From the NCBI GenBank assembly GCA_951406725.2, contig OX597825.1, positions 69,626,001 through 69,690,000 of the forward strand: a DNA stretch of 64,000 nt, written 5' to 3'. This stretch comes from Octopus vulgaris (Eukaryota). The notes beneath the pieces are model-generated. The model saw only the letters and a program-made list of their open reading frames with translations, did not search any database and was not told where the DNA came from. The translations under genes and the position numbers were made by a program. Shown here piece after piece: positions 53,790-64,000 of this stretch (the stretch's first letter is position 1; every line of letters begins with the position of its first letter).

Positions 53790-53960
53790 ATAAGTTTCTT
53801 TTCGACTAGTACAGATCTAAGCAATGTGGATCGATTTCCTTATTTCTTTCGAACAATACCATCAGATCGATATCAAGCTCAGGTGATGGTTGAGTTGGTG
53901 AAAATGTTTAACTGGACTTATGTATCCGTCATTTACGAGGAATCAAGTTATGGTATCCAG
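53790..53960 (+). CDS. Internal exon of a metabotropic glutamate receptor-family class C GPCR (Venus flytrap domain; mangetout/mXR-like)
   Basis: Acceptor ttttcttttgcag, donor CAG/gtaaaa, 171 bp, phase 0-0; ISFFSTSTDLSNVDRFPYFFRTIPSDRYQAQVMVELVKMFNWTYVSVIYEESSYGIQ. Confidence 0.95.
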
Positions 53961-54062
53961 GTAAAATATAAATTCATTAATAACGATATTGATATATATA
54001 TATATATATATATATATTTAAACATACACAGACACCTATATATATAAATACATATATATACA

Positions 54063-54093
<31 letters not shown>

Positions 54094-54769
54094 GTACATT
54101 TTATGATTTTCGAAGCCATGGTGATATCCGTTTGGCAGCTGATGAAGAGGATATATGTATGATATGATCACTCTCTGTGAATCTTTTATATCTTAGGCCA
54201 CTGAATTTGCTAAAGGTTGTTTATGGTGGGTTTGTTGTTTCTACTATTAAATATATCTATAAGGCGGCAAGCTAGTAGAATCGTTAGTATGCCGGGGAAA
54301 ATTCTTCGCGATACTTCATCCGACCATAATTTATGAGTTCAAAGTGGGTTCCATAAATGTATATGTATATATAATTTAATAAACACAATACAAAAGCAGG
54401 ACAGTGGAGATATTCAAGGAAACCGAGCGAAAACAAACACGGAGGGTCGTTAGACCACAATAAGAGCAAAATAGTGAGCGATGAGAAAAATATTTTCGTT
54501 GAAAAGAGAAAAGATATAAAAGAGAGATAGAAGACGTCCTGTCCTTAGAATATCGTGCAGGAAAAGAAAGATTGTCGCGTGAAAAAAGAAATATGGACGA
54601 TGATCACGTGTGAGCAGCGAGAGAGGAAGAGAAAGAGTGGAGAAAGAGAGTGGGAGACACAGATAAATATATATGAATAAAAAAGAGAGACAGAGACGGG
54701 CAGAAAAAAATAAATGTCCCTTACATTTGAAAACTATGGAAATATATTTTTTTAAAAAACATTTCCTTT

Positions 54770-54890
54770 AAATTTTCCACAATTTAATTGTTCTTCATAC
54801 TTTACACTAGGTTGTTAAGTCGCAAATACTGAAACCGGTACGAAAATGTTCTTCATGATAAAATTAAGTTAGCATTTTCTATCTTGTCTT
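54770..54890 (+). mobile_element. Degenerate family H2 copy
   Basis: aattttccacaatttaattgtt...aagtcgcaaatactGAAACCGGTA aligns with the reverse complement of 10370-10470. Confidence 0.5.
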
Positions 54891-55712
54891 ATTTGACTTA
54901 TACATACCAACTCATGTGTTCCTTTCTAACCTTCTGTATACATACATACATACATACATACATACATACATACATACATACATACATACATACATACATA
55001 CATACATACATACACATATACACACATACATACATACATACATACATACATAAATACATACATACATATATGGATTGATAGATAGATAGATACACACACA
55101 CATGCACACATACATACTTACACACACACGCACACACAAACATACATATATACATACATACATCTGTGCAGTTTAGTGTATATAGGTATATGCAAAGTAG
55201 AGGATTTCTGCAACCTGTAGCAACACAAACAGTGTTATCTCCCTAGGGCGGTCTTGAACATAGTTTGAGCATCTATTTACTTTGATGCAATATAGCCATA
55301 TGCTGTTCAAAAACACAAAGAAGGAACATGCAACACATCTGAATTTACTTAACGAGAGGTTAGCTTGCAGTATATATTAATATATTTTAACAGAAGTGAC
55401 GAGAAATCTAAATTTAAAAGCAGCGCTGATAACGATTTTGAGTATATTTGCGGAAAGGTTTCTCTCCTCTCCTTCTATCCATGGCAGTATAATCCTTGAA
55501 GTAAAATAAGAGATTGTTATGAATATAAACTTTTGATCATGGCTATTACGGATTAGGTATTACCTTTGGCTAACACCAATAACCCCTTTCAATTTCCCAT
55601 CGGATCTTCAGCGCTAATGATGTGCTGAAATGTAATAACGCAAGAAGAATTCTTCGAGAATTTAGAAAATCATAATTCAGGGAAAGCGAATTACACACGC
55701 GCAAATCCACGC

Positions 55713-55757
<45 letters not shown>

Positions 55758-55909
55758 ACACATACACATACACACGCACTCAGTCATAAAGATTTAGTTA
55801 CTAAAATGTACATTATTGATTATTATGCACATGTTCACAAAGATACCAAAACATATGAAACTTCGTTAACCAAAAACGCACACTCATATGCATGTATATG
55901 AATATATAT

Positions 55910-55984
<75 letters not shown>

Positions 55985-56283
55985 CATATACACATATATA
56001 TACATATATAAACGTATGTGAACTTTCATAACTATAGATGTAAAGTCAGAAGTAAATATATCTATGCGCGCTTGTGCTAGTTCGTGGGTGTATAAACATA
56101 ATCGAAAACAATATGCAAATATTGACGCAATAAGTTGCTTAAATGCACGCATATAACACCGTATAGATATTCATACATCCAAGCACGAATTCAGTCCAGA
56201 ATTCGTGTGCGGATAAACATCACAGCCACATATATGCACATAAAATTTCAACTTTTCAATTCTTTATTCTCTCATTCAAAGTA

Positions 56284-56450
<167 letters not shown>

Positions 56451-56765
56451 CTGTACACACAGAGACACATAGACACAATTACACATACAGACAGACGCGC
56501 ACACGCCCATACACAAACTTACATATACATATATGTATCTGAGTGTATATGTACATACATACACACACATGCACTACATGTATAACTGCATTATTTTGAA
56601 AGATTTTTTCTTGCATTTTGCATTATTGCAGACATGTATGTAATTTATCAATTTATTATTAAATATGACGATTTAAACTATTTACATGCTTTCAAGTTAC
56701 GAAACACTTTGTGATATTTGAATTTTCTTATACTTAAATCAAATTTCAGCAAACTATTTCTCTAC

Positions 56766-56799
<34 letters not shown>

Positions 56800-56802
<3 letters not shown>

Positions 56803-57150
56803 ATTTGATGGAATAAAATCCAAACTTAGAAGGTAAAAGAATTCAATTTAGAAATACTAAATCAAATTCCACACAATATAATATATATAAAATATTAGAG
56901 AAAAAACACCTGTTATCAATTCAAAATGAATAAGTAAATAACACCATCTAGAAAATTACATATAATAGAAAAGTTTAAATTAAAATAACAATTAAAAAGT
57001 AAAGATTAAGTTTATAATTGACTTAATCTTTACTTTTTAATTGTTATTTTAATTTTAACTTTTCTATCATATGTAATTTTCTAGATGGTGTAATTTAATT
57101 ATTCATTTTGAGTTGATATAAGGTTTTTTTCTTCTAATATTATATTATAT
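56800..57150. repeat. AT-rich fold-back element (~125-bp arms, 9-nt loop) in (TA)n
   Basis: ...aaaaagtaaagattaagt ttataattg acttaatctttacttttt...; its 5' part resembles 48115-48270. Confidence 0.85.
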
Positions 57151-57397
57151 ATATATATATATATATATAGTGTAATAAATAAAATATATGCATACATACA
57201 AACATATATGTACGTACCGACATCTACATGTATATATACATGCATATATAAATATATATATACGTACAGGACATCACAAGAAGACGAAAAAATCAACAGA
57301 ACGAAAACGGAGAAGACATTTTGTTACAACAGAAGGACAGAGACGTGGAACAAGACGAAACGAAAACGAAAACGGGGAAAACGGGAAAAACGGGAGA

Positions 57398-57510
<113 letters not shown>

Positions 57511-57532
57511 GTATATGTATATACATATATAA

Positions 57533-57600
<68 letters not shown>

Positions 57601-58010
57601 TTATACAAATGCCTTAAGTGAGTATATAAACGCACACAAACACATAATATGCTATTTGTTAATCTGCTCACATTAGCAGCCCACACGGATTTTCCAGATA
57701 CCAGCTTCAACCAATCTATTAGTTATGCATTCAAATTTTCAACAGGAATTACTACTCACTTTTATCACTCATTTATCTGTTCAGTATCGCAGTGCCTTCA
57801 ACGGTACATCTAAATTTGCGGCATGTCAATAACGATTTTTATCTCATGGACTATTTGTACATTGAGCTGTTAGTGAGGTTTGGAGGTCAATCATACAGGT
57901 GAACAATTGAAATCGTCATACCCCCTCTCTACATTAGAGTCATTCACACACATCTAAACATTCACACATAGTATATATGATTCTCAATGTATACATACAT
58001 ATATACATAT

Positions 58011-58042
<32 letters not shown>

Positions 58043-58129
58043 GTGCATATATATATGTATGTATATGTGCATATATATATATATATATATATGTATGTAT
58101 ATGTGCATATACATATATATATATATATA

Positions 58130-58247
58130 TCACGTGATCACGTGACCGACCAGACCATCAGATGTTGTTACACATCGCTGGTCACAATGCGTTCGCATTG
58201 TTTTAGCCTTCGAATGACGCCACCCCGCTGGCTAAGCGAGCAGGCCA

Positions 58248-58248
<1 letters not shown>
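58130..58248 (-). mobile_element. Short structured repeat terminus (probable retroposon 3' end) in (TA)n
   Basis: Second copy at 59065-59136 has the same TCACGTGAT terminus abutting (TA)n; several hairpins. Confidence 0.55.
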
Positions 58249-58285
<37 letters not shown>

Positions 58286-58294
58286 GTATATGTG

Positions 58295-58340
<46 letters not shown>

Positions 58341-59351
58341 CATATACAGAAGTGGGTGTGAGTGTGTACATGTGTATGTGTGTGTGTGTTGTAGTTTGTG
58401 TGTGCGTCTGTTAGCGCGCCAGTGCCTGGTTTGTGTTATTTGGATACCATATACGCTACTACCACGACTGTAATTGCTAAGCTAAGACTACAGAATCTAA
58501 CAATCTAAGATCCCAAGATAATTCCAATACAGAGATATTAAACGCGGGAATTCTTACATCAAACTCTCCTTTCATGTGGCTGAGCAATGAAACAAATAAA
58601 ATGTCCATTTGCATCGTTCAAAAATCAGAAGAAAAAAAAGACATTACGAAAAATACAGGAACTGATTCAATATTGTATATTTTGCATCATGCTGCTGTTT
58701 TATTTTGGCGATAAATATTAATGTGTTTATTGCTGGCTTTCATAATCTAAAACACAGTATTTACTCACAATAAAAGCGTTATTCTTATTGTGGTCTTGTT
58801 TTCTTTTGCAAGGTTATATTGACTTAGGAGGCATTGCATGTACTTTACTGGTTTGTTCTGTTATTTCCTACAGTCATCGGAGAAATCGACCAACGGTCAT
58901 GACTTGTGTAGATCCTGGTTATTAATTTATCGGTCGTTCTTTTCGTATCACTTAGTCTATGAGATGAAAATAAAGCACCATCGACTGCCAATGGGCGAAA
59001 TACATAGAAAATGACTCACACACATACACATGCATACATACACAAACCTATGTACATATATATATCACGTGATTACGTGACCGACCAGACCATCAGATGT
59101 TGCTACACATCGCTGGTCAATGCGTTCGCATTGTTTGTTCGAAACCGCTTAGAAAGAGTGGTGAAATCGGATCTGCGAGCGTCGTGAGCTTTGTGTTTTC
59201 TCTCTAACGCCCGGTCTGGGAAACAATAAGGGTTTCGCAACAAGTTGCTTGACCACATACCGAAAATTTTAGAAATAGCAGTCAAAACTACTGTTTCTTT
59301 TTCTTCCGAAATAGTAGTCATTTGACTGCCATTTCTAAATATATATATATT

Positions 59352-59530
59352 TCAACAATTTATAGAAAAACAAAAGACGAAGACACGTGTATTAGTTTAA
59401 CGCTCGGGAAGGTAAGAAAGTATTTTACGTTTCGAGGCTACACTCTTCGACAGAAAGGAATACGAGAAAATAAAAGAGAATAAAAAAACATCTTTAGGGG
59501 CTAGCGGTCAAACATGGCGGCTTGCTGGAC
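59352..59530 (-). mobile_element. Family H1 copy (hammerhead-like motif 59421-59458)
   Basis: Reverse complement ccttt-CTGTCGAA-gagtgtagcctc-GAAAC-GT-A-aaatac. Confidence 0.55.
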
Positions 59531-60134
59531 AAATACAATAGGTCCGTTGCTGTATGAGTATACGTACATGCATGCATACATACATACATACACATACATA
59601 CTTATTACGTACATACATACATACATAGATACATACATAGATACATACATTCATACATACATGCATACTTACATACATACATACTTACATGCATACATAC
59701 ATACATACATACATACATACATACATACATACATACATACATACATACATGCATACATACATACGTACGTACGTACGTACGTACGTATCTATACGTGTAC
59801 AACAATACCGTTCTTGATAGTTTTTGCCCGAAACACTTCGCAATGGAACGGAACTCAAGACAAATGTTTGGGAGGCAGAATTCTTCTACATACAGCAACA
59901 GCTGTACCTTAATTAATTCTGTTCTTTTTAGTAGGTCTTGTATACTTGTGTTCAGAATAATTATTGGCTTGTCCGCTGTTATTGTTTCGATTTGGATTAT
60001 GTATGAAATCAGCAATTTCAGCTTAGAATCTGACAAACGAGACAAGTAATTGACTTTTATATAGATTACTCACGCGGTTTGACTTAGAAATGAACAGGCA
60101 AATTTATGCGTTGTTTATTGCTTTCTGTTTTTTT

Positions 60135-60547
60135 TCTTTTTAATTGTTTCAGTCATTTGACTGCGGCCATGCTAGGGCACCGCCTTTAGTCGAACAAATC
60201 GACATCAGGACGTATTCTTTGGAAGCCTAGTACTTATTCTATCGGCCTCTTTTACTAAACCGCTAGATTACGGGGACGTAAACACACCGCCATCGGTTGT
60301 CAAGCGTTATTGGGAGGACAATCACAGACACACAAACATATACACACATACACATACACACATATATATGTATATACATATATACGACGGGCTTCTTTCA
60401 GTTTCCGTCTACCAAATTCACTCACAAGGTTTTGGTCGGCCCGAGGCTATAGTAGAAGACATCCGGCCAAGATGCCACGCAGTGGGAATGAAACTGGAAC
60501 CATGTGGTTAGTAAACAAGCTACTTAACACAGAAACACTGCTGCGCC
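60135..60547 (-). mobile_element. SINE family B
   Basis: Full-length reverse-complement match. Confidence 0.9.
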
Positions 60548-61124
60548 TTTTGCTGTTAATGAATACATATTAGTTTTTTTAATGGAAAACTATTAGAGAT
60601 ATATCTTGAAGATTTACTTTAATGTATAATATGTCCTTATCTAGAACGTGTATAGCAGTCTGGTGTCCAATATTTATAGTATGTTTTATAATTCAATGGC
60701 ATAATGACATATCTAACTGGAGCAATTAATTAAGAAAACGCTTAAACAAATGTTAAACGTATTTACTGAACCACGTATTGATATATACTTTCATTTTTTA
60801 AATAAATTGCATATTACGATTGAATATTGAATCTTGCAAATATAATTGTATGTATGAGTGATTTACGTGATGAGTGTACTATGACATGTATGTGTATGTG
60901 AAATGAAAAATAAAGCCAGGGAAAAAATTCTACAGATGTGCAAAGATCTAGTTGAAATGCTAAAAAGAAAGCAGCGCAACGTGTTAATTGTTTGCTATGT
61001 TAGTTTTTCACAGGATTAACAGATACAGGAAATCTGATTCGTTAAAGGATTTTCTAAGTATAGAACTACGATTTTCCTCGAAGCATATGAATGTATATCG
61101 GTACACTTCGTGGATGAAATCAAT

Positions 61125-61400
61125 TTATTTATATGATATAAGACTAGCAATCTTAAGATAAAAGATTCCCAGAACTCTTTTTAATGTAATAGCCACAAGA
61201 GGAGACCAATCTGCGTTTCTGGCTCTTGAAGATTGAAGAGAATGGAGATTAATGTTATTGCCTCTTTGGATTAGCCTCGGTATCTTTCCCCAAATAACGC
61301 CCACAACTTCATTCCAATATTTATTTGGCACCTTACAACTGAAGTGAAAATATCCTCTCCCCATTTTCCTCTATCTATCACTGTCATCTCAGTCGACATT
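61125..61400 (-). mobile_element. LINE RT N-terminal remnant
   Basis: WGKIPRLIQRGNNINLH...NADWSPLVAITLKRVLG loosely follows W.G.P.WK.A.I.PI.K...NYRPI.L...K.LE. Confidence 0.35.
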
Positions 61401-61691
61401 GAATTGTTTCCTACTTCGCTTCTCACAGCTACAGAATTCATCAACCATCTCTATACATGAACCAACTGACTACGTCTTACTCACGTCACAGAACATAACA
61501 ATTTTCCGTATCGTTCAGGCTAAAGTTCGCCTTCTCGGTAATTGTAAATCACTTAAAATATTTGGTTTCATTATTTAACTAATTCCCGTAGAAATCAAAT
61601 TTGTATTGTTATATTATCTATAGTAACATCTCTTTCGCTCTCTCTTTCTCTCCCATTCAATTATAGAAACACACACATGCATGTGTGTATG

Positions 61692-61730
<39 letters not shown>

Positions 61731-61880
61731 CTGTTCACTATATAAGTTAAGGTCCGAAAGAATAGTTATCAAGTAGCCAAAGATCACGGAAGGACCGAGG
61801 AATTAGTAATCACACTATATATATATATATGTCTATATATATATGTGCGTATATATATTTATGTATATGAGTTGAAAAGA

Positions 61881-61932
<52 letters not shown>

Positions 61933-62295
61933 TTATATATGTATATGCTTATTTATTGAGTATATTTCCCCTGTCAATAAAAACATATATCTTTGTCTAT
62001 GTATAAATCGAAATATCTACATGAAAATATACCGGCGGCGAAAGACTTGCGGTAAACACCACGATATTTTAAACCAAAGATTTCTTTTACAAATTTCATA
62101 CTCGTAGTTTCCGACTAATATCGCTTACGGTAGAAAAAAACGAGCTCAATTTTAAGAAGACTGCTTTCGAATGAAGAGCCACTTCACAGCGATGCCAAAT
62201 TCTCCCCTGTTCAGAGCAGGTGATACAGAAACTCATTAGGTTGAAAAGCATTTACACTTATTTCTATTGTAAGGCATGTGATGTCGTAACAGAAG

Positions 62296-62390
<95 letters not shown>

Positions 62391-62597
62391 ATACATACAT
62401 ACACGCATCCGTAGAAGCTTGCATACATAGTTATATATATATGTATATATATATCGTTTTTGGACTTCATATCGTTTCAAGAGTCAAGTCTATTGCAAAG
62501 GTTGCAAGACGCCACGAAAAGGAATAAGTGGAGATTTTACCGGTGAGTGCGTTAAATTATAAGGCACAAAAAGAAAACGTATATATGTATGTATATA

Positions 62598-62677
<80 letters not shown>

Positions 62678-63252
62678 TATATGCATATATATATATATCT
62701 ATATATATATTTGTACATATATATATATATACATACATATGTATATATATGTATATATTTATATTTATATATGCATATATATATATATATATATAGTTAC
62801 ATATATATATATACATATGTACATACGTACATACATCCGTATGTATGTACATATACATGCATATATTTATACACGCACATACATATCCAAATATATATAT
62901 ATATACACACATAAATATATCTATGCATTTATACAAATATACACACACATATTCATATATATGCATGTCTGTGTGCGTGTATGCATACACACATATCCAC
63001 TCAGGCACACACACACATACACACACAGCACACCTGTATAAAAGCAAATTGGAACTAGAACCTAGAGTGCAGCTGATGACAAAGAACAAGTGATTAGCTA
63101 TCGCTTTTTTCCGAAACAATTTACTTCCATTCTATATATCATCGTTGCACTTGTGAAAAACAGGAACCTGAAATGTCAAGAACTTAAATATCAAGCTAAA
63201 GTACGCAGGTATCACTGGCATGTAAGCAATTGCATGTGTATGTGAGTATCTA

Positions 63253-63331
<79 letters not shown>

Positions 63332-63484
63332 ATGTGTGTGTGTGTGAGTATGTGTGTATATGTATATATATGTATATATGTATGTATATATATATGTATA
63401 TATGTGTGTATATATACAAATATATATTTATTTATATATATATATGTATATATATATGCGTGTGTATATATAAATATATACAAA

Positions 63485-63679
63485 GGCGTAGGAGTGGCTG
63501 AGTGGTAAGTAGCTTGCTTACGAACCACATGGTTCCAGGTTCAGTCCCACTGCGTGGCACCTTGGGCAAGTGTCTTCTGCTATAGCTTCGGGCTGACCAA
63601 AGTCTTGTGAACGAATTTGGTAGACGGAAACTGAAAGAAGCCCGTCGTATATATGTATATATATATATATATATTTATT

Positions 63680-63725
<46 letters not shown>

Positions 63726-63920
63726 TTTGTGTGTCTGTTCCCCCAACATCGCTTGACAACAGATGCTGGTGTGTTTACGTCTCCGTCACTTAGCGATTCG
63801 GCAAAAGAGACCGATAGAATAAGTACTGGGCTTACAAAGAATAAGTCCCGGGGTCGATTTGCTCGACTAAAGGCGGTGCTCCAGCATGGCCGCAGTCAAA
63901 TGACTGAAACAAGTAAGAGT
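63485..63920 (+). mobile_element. SINE family B, full length
   Basis: High similarity to 17533-17957. Confidence 0.92.
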
Positions 63921-63923
63921 GTA

Positions 63924-63988
<65 letters not shown>

Positions 63989-64000
63989 GATAGATAGATA

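Noticed and set aside
53784-54047. Full 87-aa ORF as the CDS
   Set aside because: Homology is confined between the AG ending at 53789 and the GT at 53961; the rest is intron.

Overview
Eukaryotic, AT-rich, repeat-dominated DNA that looks like an Octopus (coleoid cephalopod) genome; the taxon is inferred from the SINE families and the extreme (TA)n/(TATG)n/(CA)n load. The only host coding sequence I can support is one 171-bp internal exon (53790-53960, +) of a class C GPCR of the metabotropic glutamate receptor family, with mangetout/mXR-like motifs, so most of the window is probably giant intron. The rest is transposon debris: an L1/Tx1-like ORF1, Tc1, mariner, maT and Chapaev3 fossils, MITEs, LINE RT scraps, three tRNA-derived SINE families, a SINE-derived 34-bp minisatellite and a near-identical 1.65-kb tandem duplication. 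The most striking unexplained signal is a set of short non-coding elements sitting in (TA)n tracts. They are often fold-back palindromes and carry type I hammerhead-ribozyme motifs with palindromic stem III (Penelope pLTR / retrozyme-like). The best example is a 1.1-kb nested palindrome at 31741-32863 with a hammerhead fold on each strand. Almost all entries in the ORF track are microsatellite or repeat artefacts. Alignments and folds were done by eye, so the boundaries of degenerate elements are approximate.
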